From Puniceicoccales bacterium (GTDB lineage Bacteria > Verrucomicrobiota > Verrucomicrobiia > Opitutales > JAIRLM01), in assembly GCA_031290195.1 (NCBI GenBank), contig JAITOA010000018.1, positions 1 through 59,109 of the forward strand: a stretch of 59,109 nt of DNA. Reading direction: 5' to 3'. Shown here in pieces: positions 1 through 9,043 of this stretch (within the stretch, counting starts at the first letter, position 1; each line of letters starts with the position of its first letter). The position numbers and the translations under genes are program-made. The notes beneath the pieces are model-generated. The model did no database searches, was not told the DNA's origin, and was given only the letters and a program-made list of their open reading frames with translations.

Positions 1-54
1 CTTTTGAAAAACGTCCTAAAAACGGACGTCGATTCTTTTGTCCATGCGGCTTGA
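1..54 (+). other. 3' end of a CDS that begins left of the window (..LLKNVLKTDVDSFVHAA, TGA stop at 52-54)
   Basis: Frame +1 is open from base 1 to TGA 52-54. Too short to classify. It is in the same frame as the next ORF. Confidence 0.3.
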
Positions 55-234
55 GGAGGGGGTGATATTTTTGCAAGAGGTCTATTTACCATCGCAGCAA
101 AGGATAGAGATGGTGTTGAAGTTAGAGAATCTCTCCGGGCATATTTTGAAAAAACAATTGAGGATGGAAATTCGCTTAGTTTTTCCGAAACTGACCCAGA
201 TAGCGAAGTCCTAAAGACCATTGTCGCCGTAGCA

Positions 235-1380
235 TTGTCCTGCTCAAAGGATGATATCACGGTCACGGCTCCCATCGCAAATCCTTCACAGGGGGAAAAT
301 TTTATTTTAGGCGGAGCCGTAATGCCGACTTTTCCAGAAAACAGAGGGCACGTGGTTTCTCTCCTCGGTGGCATTCAGAAAATGGGGAAGGAAATTGAAA
401 CCAAAAGAGACATCGCTTTTGCCCTTCAAGAAGGACGCCATGAAGATCTCGGTGAATATCTCGTGGACAATTCAATAAGGAATGGGAATGTCATGCGTCA
501 TTCAATCGAAATTTTTGAGGAAGAATTTGGAAAAATAAGGGAAAAATATACCACGGAATCTGGCGATGAAATGTATAATTTGATCGCGCATAACATTGCT
601 CTCAAGGCAGTAAAAGAAGCGGCGGAAAAGCAGGAAAAAATTCCTATTTTTGCAGACATATTGCATCCTACTTCCATAGAAAACTTTGGACATATGACGG
701 TTGAGCGATTTGCTAAATTACCTCTCGTCGATGGGATAATTTTCCCGATAGATGGCCATAAAGATGACGTTATTCCGAAAAATCTTTTGGCCGCATATAA
801 TGCGCTTGTTTTTGCGATTGGTGCAGTTGTCAATGGAACAAAAAAACATTCTGGCTTTCCCACACCGATACATGTCACACATGCAATTTTCGAATTGCGC
901 GTTGATCACGTGTTTGTCGGAAAAGGAAATCGATCGCTCTACGAAGAATGTAGTGAAAGCTGCATGGAAAACGAGGAGATATTTCGAAAAGTGTCCTGTG
1001 GCACGGATGACTTTGAATGGGATTTTTTTAATCTTGTAAAAAATGCCATTGGCCTATTTTTTTTGAGGAAACGGGAATTGGATCGCGATGAATTAAGTCG
1101 GGACCTAGATTTGGCGTTTCCAAATATAGAACTAGTTTCGGAAAGCACGGAAGTAATGGTGGAAAATGATTCCTTTCTTTCAAATACTCCATTTCTCGGC
1201 AGACTCCATTTTAGGGAGCCGCTTACTCCAAAGCAATGTAATGCTGTAATAGGGATAATGCAAATAATTTCCAAAACTGTGAAAGATGAAGCCCTCACAA
1301 TTGGACGACAGTGGAGAAATATTTCAGCAAAACCGCCACTCATCCGGCTAGAGCAGTACCCGATTGGTAGCATTTCCTAG
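235..1380 (+). CDS. hypothetical protein, no recognisable family
   Basis: 381-codon ORF from TTG 235. The frame is open back to base 55. An alternative ATG at 322 is preceded by GGAG. No signal peptide or TM segment, and no motif I recognise. The region is clearly more AT-rich than the rest of the window. Confidence 0.6.
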   Translation: MSCSKDDITVTAPIANPSQGENFILGGAVMPTFPENRGHVVSLLGGIQKMGKEIETKRDIAFALQEGRHEDLGEYLVDNSIRNGNVMRHSIEIFEEEFGKIREKYTTESGDEMYNLIAHNIALKAVKEAAEKQEKIPIFADILHPTSIENFGHMTVERFAKLPLVDGIIFPIDGHKDDVIPKNLLAAYNALVFAIGAVVNGTKKHSGFPTPIHVTHAIFELRVDHVFVGKGNRSLYEECSESCMENEEIFRKVSCGTDDFEWDFFNLVKNAIGLFFLRKRELDRDELSRDLDLAFPNIELVSESTEVMVENDSFLSNTPFLGRLHFREPLTPKQCNAVIGIMQIISKTVKDEALTIGRQWRNISAKPPLIRLEQYPIGSIS

Positions 1381-1522
1381 GGGTTGTCACTAAATCACGG
1401 ATCACACAAAAAGTGATCCGACCCGCCGGCGATGAAAAAACAAAATTGCCCTCGGGACTGCCATCTTTGCAGCGGACAGACAAAAGCCACCGGTAACGAC
1501 AATGCCAAATAGAGCAGCAACC

Positions 1523-1566
1523 AAGATTGCCGTCCGCCGCGGGTACCCGCGGCGGACGGCAATCTT
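1523..1566. terminator. 44-bp perfect GC-rich palindrome, probable bidirectional terminator between convergent genes
   Basis: AAGATTGCCGTCCGCCGCGGGT/ACCCGCGGCGGACGGCAATCTT is a perfect inverted repeat centred on GGTACC. It lies 19 nt downstream of the ppdK stop (minus strand) and about 140 nt downstream of the ORF ending at 1380. Confidence 0.6.
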
Positions 1567-1584
1567 CTCCATGTGTGTGAGGCC

Positions 1585-4305
1585 TTACTTTGACTTCGCC
1601 GCTTCCTGCTCTAGAGCGGCCTGGGCGGCTGCCAGCTTGGCAACGGGGACTCGGTTTGGTGAACAGCTCACGTAGGTCAAACCAATGGAATGGCAAAATT
1701 TCACCGACACCGGATCGCCGCCGTGCTCGCCGCAGATGCCGAGGACGATTTCCTTCCGCGTCCTCTGGGCCCTCTCAACGGCCATGGCCATGAGTTCCCC
1801 CACGCCTTCCCTGTCGATGGTGGCAAAGGGATTTTGGGAAAAAATTTCCAAACCATTGTAGTGGCCGAGAAAACTCCCCATATCGTCTCGACTCATACCA
1901 AGGGTTGTTTGGGTGAGATCATTGGAACCAAAGCTGCAGAACTGGGCGATCTCCGCAATCTCGCCGGCCCGCAGACAGGCCCTCGGCAATTCAATCATCG
2001 TCCCGACTAGGTAGTCGAAGTCCACCCCCGATTCTTCCTTCACAGCAGCGGCAACCTCATGGACGATGGTTACCTGGTGCCGCAGTTCCTTTACAAACCC
2101 CACCAGGGGAATCATTATCTCCGGATGGGTGGCCACGCCCTGCTTTTTACACTGGACAACGGCTTCGAAGATTGCCCGCGCCTGCATGCGACTCACCTCC
2201 GGATAGGAAATGCCCAGGCGGCAGCCCCGGTGGCCTAGCATTGGGTTAAATTCCCGTAGCGCCCCAACTCGGGCCCGCACTCTTTCAAAGGGAATAGATA
2301 ATTTTTTTGCTAGAGCTCTCTGGGTATCCTCGTCGTGGGGAACGAATTCGTGGAGAGGGGGATCCAGGAGGCGGATCGTTGCCGGGAGTCCCTTCAGTGC
2401 CTTGAAAATACCGATGAAATCCTCTCTTTGGAAGGGAAGAAGCTTTGCCACCGCCAATTCCCTCTCCTCGGCCGACTCCGCGAGAATCATTTCCCGCATG
2501 AAATCGATGCGGTTGCCTTCAAAGAACATATGCTCTGTCCGCGTTAGACCGATGCCTTCGCCGCCGTAGCGCAGTCCCGCCAGCGCCTGCTTCGGGGAAT
2601 CGGCGTTGAGATAGACCTTTAATTTTCGACATTCATCGCACCAGGACATCAACTTGGCATACATGGTATAGATGGAACTTTTCCCTGCAGCCAGGGTGCC
2701 TTCCAGTACCTGGTTTACTTCCGATGGAACCGTGGCAACGGAGCCCAAAAAAACTTCTCCCGCTGTCCCATCGATGGACAGCTCCTCTCCCTCGCCGATC
2801 GTCAAACCGCCAACACGCATGGAGTGGGACGCATAGTCGATTTCCAGAGCCGCCGCACCGACGATGCACACCTTCCCCATTTGCCTGGCCACCAGTGCCG
2901 CGTGGGAACTCACCCCTCCGCGACTTGTCAAAATTCCTTCCGAAACCAGCATGCCCCGGATGTCCTCCGGAGAAGTTTCCGCCCGGCAAAGCAGCGCCTT
3001 TTCTCCGCGGCCATGGACTTCCTCCGCCTTTTTGGCGGAAAAACACACCTTCCCGGAAGCCGCTCCCGGGCCCGCCGGCAATCCCCGCGCAATGAGTTTT
3101 ACTCGCTTTTTGTCCTCCCCATTAAAAATAGGCACTAGCAGAGAAGAAATGGAGTCGGCTGGAATCCTAGCAATGGCGGTTTTTTTATCAATGAGCCCAT
3201 CTCGCTCCATCTCCAGGGCGATGCGTACGGCGGCAAATCCGGTCCGCTTTCCGTTTCGGGTCTGCAGCATGTAGAGCTTATTCTGCTGTACGGTGAATTC
3301 AAAATCCTGCATGTCGCGGAAGTGATTTTCCAATTTCTGGCGCACGGCAACCAACTCTCCGTAGACGTCGGGCATGTCCTTTTCTAGCGCGGCAATTGGA
3401 TTCGGTGTGCGAATTCCAGCCACTACGTCCTCTCCCTGGGCATCGATAAGGTATTCCCCGTAAAAAATGTTTTCTCCACTGGCCGGATCCCGGGTGAAGG
3501 CCACGCCGGTGGCAGAATCAGAGCCCATGTTGCCAAACACCATAGACTGAACGTTGACCGCCGTTCCCCACTCCCCGGGAATGCCATATTTTTGCCGGTA
3601 GAGGATGGCCCGCTCGTTGTTCCAGGAACGGAAAACGGCGCCGATGGCCCCCAGCAGCTGCTCTCCGACATCCTGGGGAAAATTCCGTCCCGTTGCCGCC
3701 CGGATCAATTCCTTGTAGCCGACGATGATGCCCTGAAGCTGTTCCGCACTCAACTGATTGTCAAATTGCACACCGGCGGACTTTTTTGCGGCAACGAGAA
3801 TTTCTTCGAAGGGATCTACGGAATGCTCATCCTTTGCGTGGACTTCCATGACAACGTCGCCGTACATTTGGATGAAGCGACGGTAGGAGTCGTAGGCAAA
3901 GCGTGGGTTGCGGGTGACATTGGCGAGCCCCTGGACGCTGACATCGTTGAGACCGAGATTGAGGATGGTATCCATCATGCCGGGCATGGATTCCCGGGCT
4001 CCGGAGCGGACGGAAAATAGCAGGGGTTCCTTTCCATCGCCGAACCGACGGCCCACCTGCTCCTCCACCCGCTTTAGTGCCTCATTCTTCTGCCGATTGA
4101 CGGCGTCGGGAAGTTTTCCCCCTCCGGCAGCAAAGGCGGCGCAAACTTCCGTCGTAATGGTAAATCCCGGAGGAACCGGCAGACCGATGTTGGCCATTTC
4201 CGCCAAATTTGCCCCCTTTCCTCCAAGCAACTCCCGCATCTTTGCATTGCCGTCGGTGTGCGCACCGAATTCATAGACGAACTTTTTTTCCTGCATCATA
4301 GACAT
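1585..4305 (-). CDS. ppdK: pyruvate, phosphate dikinase
   Basis: 906 aa. Motifs: N-terminal [10 protein letters not shown], phospho-histidine loop [20 protein letters not shown]-terminal [10 protein letters not shown]. Length and domain order are typical of PPDK. Confidence 0.97.
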   Translation of the reverse strand: MSMMQEKKFVYEFGAHTDGNAKMRELLGGKGANLAEMANIGLPVPPGFTITTEVCAAFAAGGGKLPDAVNRQKNEALKRVEEQVGRRFGDGKEPLLFSVRSGARESMPGMMDTILNLGLNDVSVQGLANVTRNPRFAYDSYRRFIQMYGDVVMEVHAKDEHSVDPFEEILVAAKKSAGVQFDNQLSAEQLQGIIVGYKELIRAATGRNFPQDVGEQLLGAIGAVFRSWNNERAILYRQKYGIPGEWGTAVNVQSMVFGNMGSDSATGVAFTRDPASGENIFYGEYLIDAQGEDVVAGIRTPNPIAALEKDMPDVYGELVAVRQKLENHFRDMQDFEFTVQQNKLYMLQTRNGKRTGFAAVRIALEMERDGLIDKKTAIARIPADSISSLLVPIFNGEDKKRVKLIARGLPAGPGAASGKVCFSAKKAEEVHGRGEKALLCRAETSPEDIRGMLVSEGILTSRGGVSSHAALVARQMGKVCIVGAAALEIDYASHSMRVGGLTIGEGEELSIDGTAGEVFLGSVATVPSEVNQVLEGTLAAGKSSIYTMYAKLMSWCDECRKLKVYLNADSPKQALAGLRYGGEGIGLTRTEHMFFEGNRIDFMREMILAESAEERELAVAKLLPFQREDFIGIFKALKGLPATIRLLDPPLHEFVPHDEDTQRALAKKLSIPFERVRARVGALREFNPMLGHRGCRLGISYPEVSRMQARAIFEAVVQCKKQGVATHPEIMIPLVGFVKELRHQVTIVHEVAAAVKEESGVDFDYLVGTMIELPRACLRAGEIAEIAQFCSFGSNDLTQTTLGMSRDDMGSFLGHYNGLEIFSQNPFATIDREGVGELMAMAVERAQRTRKEIVLGICGEHGGDPVSVKFCHSIGLTYVSCSPNRVPVAKLAAAQAALEQEAAKSK

Positions 4306-4336
4306 CTCCGGAGCTGGTTGTTTCTGAAAAATTCAG

Positions 4337-4891
4337 CTACTTACCCTTGTTCACTTCCTCGATGACATCTTTGGTAATATCCATGGACGATTTCGCGTGA
4401 ATCACTTCAATGCCGGAAGTATTCAGAACAAGGTCGACCTTTCGCCGTTCCGCAACGGACTTCGCCGCCGTTCGGATTTCTTCGATGTGCTTGGTCACGA
4501 GTTTCTCCCTCCGTTCCATGAGCTCTCGGTCCGTCTGCTGGCGAAAAGAATTTACCTCGACTTCTTTCTTGCGAATTTCCTCCGTTACTTCGTCGGCCTG
4601 CTTGCGAAATTTTGTTCGAGCCGTCTCACTCAGGGAGGGATTGTCCATTTTTTCCCGCAGTTCCTGCAGCTCCTTGGCCATCTTTACACCCTCATCGAGC
4701 ATGGCCCGCATCTCCCCCTGGGCCTTTTCCACGGCTTCCTGGAACTGTTCCTTGGAACGCTCTGCGCGGGCATATTTGTTGTAAACCTTCGCCATGTCGA
4801 CGGTCACAATTTTACTCTGCGTACAATTTTTCCCGCAGGCCACCAGTGCCAAGGAACATGCTACCATTCCAATCGCCAAAAATTTCCCCAT
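4337..4891 (-). CDS. OmpH/Skp-family periplasmic chaperone, possibly lipidated
   Basis: About 184 aa from ATG 4891. Signal peptide MGKFLAIGMVACSLALVAC has a lipobox-like LVAC, followed by a Lys/Glu-rich coiled coil typical of Skp. The longer ORF reaching 5206 overlaps the upstream gene and encodes Pro/Arg-rich non-protein-like sequence. Confidence 0.8.
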   Translation of the reverse strand: MGKFLAIGMVACSLALVACGKNCTQSKIVTVDMAKVYNKYARAERSKEQFQEAVEKAQGEMRAMLDEGVKMAKELQELREKMDNPSLSETARTKFRKQADEVTEEIRKKEVEVNSFRQQTDRELMERREKLVTKHIEEIRTAAKSVAERRKVDLVLNTSGIEVIHAKSSMDITKDVIEEVNKGK

Positions 4892-5027
4892 GACTACCCC
4901 GCCGGTATTTTGGGATCGGAAACGCAGCCTTTTCAACAAAATTCTGTCCAGAACTCCCTGAACTTTAAAGTTTTTGGCCGTAGGAGGCCGAGGGGAGGAA
5001 TGCATCGCACCAAATTCTCTCCCATTT

Positions 5028-6608
5028 TCACATACCCTTAGCAACCGCTGCAACCGATGGTATCGCGTCATTTGCGGTTTTCCCTTCGGGGCTGGAGGCA
5101 TTTTTCCACCCATCGGGCAAATCACGGAGCACGGGTAGCCCATAGCGCCTCTGGACGGCGAAGCGGAAGCTCCTAGCCTCCCCATCCTTGGCGTTGGGAA
5201 TGGCAAATCCGTCGACGTGCTCCGAGTTGGTTACTTTTGTTATCTCGGCAAAGTGGTCCGAAGTGGGCGAAAGGGGGACCTCCTTCAAAAAGGTGGGCGA
5301 CTGCTGGCCATAGGCGATGGAAATGCGGATTTTGTCGGGCGCATAGTCGATGAACAGGAAGCGTTCTTCGTAGATCCCCGTCTCCTTTTGCCTCAGGATG
5401 AGCAGGTGATCCAACTTTTGATCCATTACGACCACATTGTCGAAAATTTGCCCGGACATTTCCGCGCAGAAGAGTCCATCGCGGATGGCCTGCAGTTGGT
5501 TTTTGGCCCTGGAAGGATTGACCGATTGGATGTCATCGCCGAGCAGTTTGAGAATTAGAACGATGTAATCGTTGAATGGCATTGCATGGTGCTTCAGCAT
5601 GTAATTGTCGAAAAATTGGCTGGGGTTCTTTGTGTTGAGAACTTCGTCCCGATAATTGGAAGCCAGGTCCGTCCCGGTAACGCCGCCTTCCCCAATGGGC
5701 ATGTTGGCAACGACGAAATTCGCCTTGGGAATGAGATTGTAGCCGTCGTCGATGCGGGGACCATCCTTCTCCTTCATGGCACCCAAAATGGCGTCTAGCT
5801 GTCCTTTTAGAGATTTAGCCACCTTCATTTCCATGCGGATGGCTTCCAAATGTTTCCCCGTGCGTTCCAGTTTCTTTTGACTTTTCGCGTCCTTTTCATG
5901 GGAGAGCTTTTCAATTTGCTGATTCAGGACAGCCTCCTGGGCCAGATAGGTGTTAATGTCTTCTCCCATCTGCGCTTGTGCGTAGCTGAGTAGATTATAT
6001 TGCTCCGTCACGGACTTTGAATTGTCCATGGCCAATCGGAGTAATCTCTGCATGGGCTGCGGATAGGCGGAGAGATCTGTATCCTGCCCGGCAAGCGGTC
6101 TTGCCTCTCTCTCTTCCACCGGCGGCTGGGCCTCCCCATCGGCCTCGAAGGAATCCCCGCTGCCCTTCCCTTCTTGCCGTTCTCCGGCTCTTTCTTCCTC
6201 GCCTGTTGTCTCTTGGTCCGCTTCCGGACGACGCAGGGCATCGTCCCACAATTGTCGCTTGAAATTGACGTAGGAGGTGCCGTCGGCGTTCGGGTCCAGC
6301 CGCTGTGCGTAGGTTCTTGCTGCCCGTGTTGCCTTTGCCTCCTTTGCCATGTCCTCGGAGCGGACCGGTAATCCGCCACTGCCTCCGGAACCTCCGCCGC
6401 GAACGGACATTGGCCCATCCGAACCCTGGGTTGCCTTGGCCTGGGCTGCCTTCACCAGGGAGGCCGCGTTGGGCACAAAGGCACTCCTGTCATTGACTTC
6501 CCCTTCGGCGGCCGGAGCATCGCCGTCGGCTCCGACGCCCATTCTTTGCTGAAGAGACTGGATGGCGCTCTGCAGGTCCATGCGCCCCGTTGTTTCTCCG
6601 AAATCCAT
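5028..6608 (-). CDS. hypothetical protein with disordered acidic/Gly-rich N-terminal half and a YopN/SctW (HrpJ)-like C-terminal domain
   Basis: 526 aa from ATG 6608 (a TTG at 6629 is also possible). The segment NYRDEVLNT..FNDYIVLILKLLGDDIQSVNPSRAKNQLQAIRDGL aligns without gaps to my recollection of the YopN signature region. See findings. Confidence 0.75.
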   Translation of the reverse strand: MDFGETTGRMDLQSAIQSLQQRMGVGADGDAPAAEGEVNDRSAFVPNAASLVKAAQAKATQGSDGPMSVRGGGSGGSGGLPVRSEDMAKEAKATRAARTYAQRLDPNADGTSYVNFKRQLWDDALRRPEADQETTGEEERAGERQEGKGSGDSFEADGEAQPPVEEREARPLAGQDTDLSAYPQPMQRLLRLAMDNSKSVTEQYNLLSYAQAQMGEDINTYLAQEAVLNQQIEKLSHEKDAKSQKKLERTGKHLEAIRMEMKVAKSLKGQLDAILGAMKEKDGPRIDDGYNLIPKANFVVANMPIGEGGVTGTDLASNYRDEVLNTKNPSQFFDNYMLKHHAMPFNDYIVLILKLLGDDIQSVNPSRAKNQLQAIRDGLFCAEMSGQIFDNVVVMDQKLDHLLILRQKETGIYEERFLFIDYAPDKIRISIAYGQQSPTFLKEVPLSPTSDHFAEITKVTNSEHVDGFAIPNAKDGEARSFRFAVQRRYGLPVLRDLPDGWKNASSPEGKTANDAIPSVAAVAKGM

Positions 6609-6850
6609 GGGAAACCTTACAAAATCCAACGAAATTTGAAAAGCGCAATTTCCCCCAACGAATGACCAACCTCCTTTTTAGCTGACAAATGGCGCCCACC
6701 ATAGTGCTCCGCAGACAAAGGATCTCTCCGCAGCTCCGCGGGGACAATGATTGGCGATTGCGGTGGCGCATTGGCTTAGCAGTTTTTGCCAGAGTGATAT
6801 TTTCGTATTTCCTTTGACAGCCGAGGAGAACCATCGACAATTAATCCACC

Positions 6851-8164
6851 ATGGCAGATGGAATGGAAATTGTAAAAATTGTTGGCAGAGAAATTCTTGA
6901 TTCGCGTGGGAACCCAACGGTTGAGGTGGATGTTTGGCTGAAAGGCGGGGCCCGCGGAAGGGCCGCCGTCCCTTCCGGAGCAAGTACCGGGGAGCATGAA
7001 GCCGTTGAACTGCGGGACGCCGACGCCGATATTTCCTTCCTTCCGAAGGACGTGGATGCTGCCAGAAAACGCTATGGGGGTAAGGGAGTTTTGGCTGCGG
7101 TTTACTGCGTCAATCGATGTCTGGGACCGGCACTCATTGGATTTAATGCCGATGAGCAGTGGTCCATCGACCGAACCATGTTGGCCCTGGACGGCACTGC
7201 AACGAAGGGGAGACTTGGGGCCAATGGCATTTTAGGCATTTCCCTCGCCGTTGCCCGGGCGGCTGCGGAGGGTCACGGTCTTCCCCTTTACCGACATCTG
7301 GGGGGCATCCAGGCCCACGTTCTCCCGGTTCCCATGATGAACATTTTGAATGGAGGCGCCCACTCCGATGCACCGATCGATTTTCAAGAATTTATGATTG
7401 TTCCCCGGGGAGCAAAAAATTTTCCGGAGGCTGTACGCATGGGGGCAGAAATTTTTCACGAACTGAAAAAAGTTCTCCGTGCCAAAGGACTGTCGGCGGC
7501 GGTCGGCGATGAGGGCGGATTCGCTCCCATGCTGTCCTCTAACGAGGCTGTCCTCGACGCCATGGTGGCGGCCGTTCACGGAGCCGGCTATGCTCTTGGG
7601 GAGCAGGTATTTTTCGCCCTGGACGTTGCCGCTTCCGAGTTCTACGACAGGAAGAAGTCCCGCTATGTTTTCAAGAAATCGGACCGGTCGGAGCGTAGCG
7701 CCAGTGAGCTGATCAGCTACTACGGAGAGCTCTGTGGCCGCTATCCCATCGTTGCCATAGAAGATGGTTTGGATGAAAATGACTGGACAGGGTGGAAATT
7801 GCTCACGGAGAAACTTGGGGGAACCGTCCAACTGATAGGGGATGACCTCTTCGTTACAAACCCCCAATATCTATCCAGGGGCATCGGAGAAAAAACGGCC
7901 AACGCGATCCTCGTAAAGGTGAATCAAATTGGAACTCTAAGTGAAACTTTTGGAACCATTTCCATGGCAAAAAAAGCTGCATTTGGAACGATCATTTCCC
8001 ACCGCTCCGGGGAAACGGAAGACACAGCCATCGCAGACATTGCCGTGGCCACCAACGCTGGACAGATCAAAACTGGCTCCCTTTCTCGTACGGATCGCAC
8101 GGCCAAGTACAACCGACTCCTTCGCATCGGGGAAGAACTAGGTGCTAGCGCCACATTTGGGTAA
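6851..8164 (+). CDS. eno: enolase (phosphopyruvate hydratase)
   Basis: Motifs [39 protein letters not shown] and [10 protein letters not shown]. Full length at 437 aa. Confidence 0.97.
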   Translation: MADGMEIVKIVGREILDSRGNPTVEVDVWLKGGARGRAAVPSGASTGEHEAVELRDADADISFLPKDVDAARKRYGGKGVLAAVYCVNRCLGPALIGFNADEQWSIDRTMLALDGTATKGRLGANGILGISLAVARAAAEGHGLPLYRHLGGIQAHVLPVPMMNILNGGAHSDAPIDFQEFMIVPRGAKNFPEAVRMGAEIFHELKKVLRAKGLSAAVGDEGGFAPMLSSNEAVLDAMVAAVHGAGYALGEQVFFALDVAASEFYDRKKSRYVFKKSDRSERSASELISYYGELCGRYPIVAIEDGLDENDWTGWKLLTEKLGGTVQLIGDDLFVTNPQYLSRGIGEKTANAILVKVNQIGTLSETFGTISMAKKAAFGTIISHRSGETEDTAIADIAVATNAGQIKTGSLSRTDRTAKYNRLLRIGEELGASATFG

Positions 8165-8166
8165 GT

Positions 8167-9042
8167 TTAAACCTGTGATAGGCTACATAGGATGATATCC
8201 AGTAGCGCCGGAGCCAGGGGAAGGATCTCGGTGGGGTAGGGCGGCATTCGTCGGTGGACAAGATCTCCAATGGCGGTCGACCGTACGCAGGTCAACCGGG
8301 ACAGTGAGGAGAGTACGTTATCCGAGCAAAAGGCATAGGTAACACCGATGGAAATGGAAGCCACGTCGCCGCCATTGAGCTGTTTTGTGGCCATTTTCAG
8401 TGTTTTTCCAGTGACTACTTCATCGTCGAAGAGGAAGATGTGGCGACCCGCAATGGTTCTCGGAATATTGCTTTTTTCCGTTTTATCTAGGCACAGGTGA
8501 TCCGTAGATAGCAGCTCCGCAAGTCTTTGGACGAAGTTGCGGCGGCCTAGGTCTGGACTAACAAGGAGGTCAATTTTTGGGCGTAGCCTACGAACGTGGT
8601 CTGCCCAGAGGGATAGCGTAGAAATTTGCAGCGGTTGTTTCCGAAAATAATCCAAATAGTCCTCCCGGTGAAGGTCAAAGAGGACGATGCGGTCGGCGGG
8701 AATGGCCTCGAGCTGGCGAATGTAGGCGCGGACGCAGTGAGGTCGATTGGAGCGGCTGCAGTCGCCATAGGGTAGCACCAAAATGATGGGGCAGGCGTAT
8801 ATTTCCCGCAGAGATTCCACTGCAATGGCGATCTCTAGAAGCCGCCGTGGCGGCGGCGTGCGCGGCGACTTCGTGGCCCAGAGAAGGATTCGATCCGCCA
8901 TCCCAGAAAATATGGCATCCAGGCAAAAATTTCCTCCATAAAATCCCGTTCGCCGAAAAACTCCCTGCAAAACGCCGTCCGGAAGCACCTTTGGACGCTC
9001 TCCCCCCAAAGCAAAAAAAAGAGTGGTAGTCGATGATTCCAC
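8167..9042 (-). CDS. ribose-phosphate pyrophosphokinase (Prs)-like protein, divergent
   Basis: By-eye alignment to Prs: ILVLPYGDCSRSNR (cf. IPYFGYARQDR), DLHREDYLDYF (cf. DLHAxQIQGFF), LLVSPDLGRRN, PRPP loop IFLFDDEVVTGKT. GTG start lies 1 nt after the stop of the upstream gene. Confidence 0.75.
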   Translation of the reverse strand: MESSTTTLFFALGGERPKVLPDGVLQGVFRRTGFYGGNFCLDAIFSGMADRILLWATKSPRTPPPRRLLEIAIAVESLREIYACPIILVLPYGDCSRSNRPHCVRAYIRQLEAIPADRIVLFDLHREDYLDYFRKQPLQISTLSLWADHVRRLRPKIDLLVSPDLGRRNFVQRLAELLSTDHLCLDKTEKSNIPRTIAGRHIFLFDDEVVTGKTLKMATKQLNGGDVASISIGVTYAFCSDNVLSSLSRLTCVRSTAIGDLVHRRMPPYPTEILPLAPALLDIILCSLSQV

Positions 9043-9043
9043 G

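Noticed and set aside
52-54. TGA recoding (selenocysteine or alternative genetic code) joining the edge ORF to the 235-1380 ORF
   Set aside because: TGA is clearly used as a normal stop elsewhere in the window (clpC, fabD, the MATE gene, pnp). I see no SECIS-like hairpin immediately downstream. Translational coupling or a pseudogene is the simpler explanation.
1402-1572. 56-codon minus-strand ORF (MEKIAVRRGYPRRTAILVAALFGIVVTGGFCLSAAKMAV...) with a TM-like segment just after ppdK
   Set aside because: Its first 20 codons are the 44-bp perfect palindrome, which is better explained as a terminator. The SD is weak, and the hydrophobic stretch can arise from the T-rich post-hairpin sequence. It remains an untested small-protein possibility.
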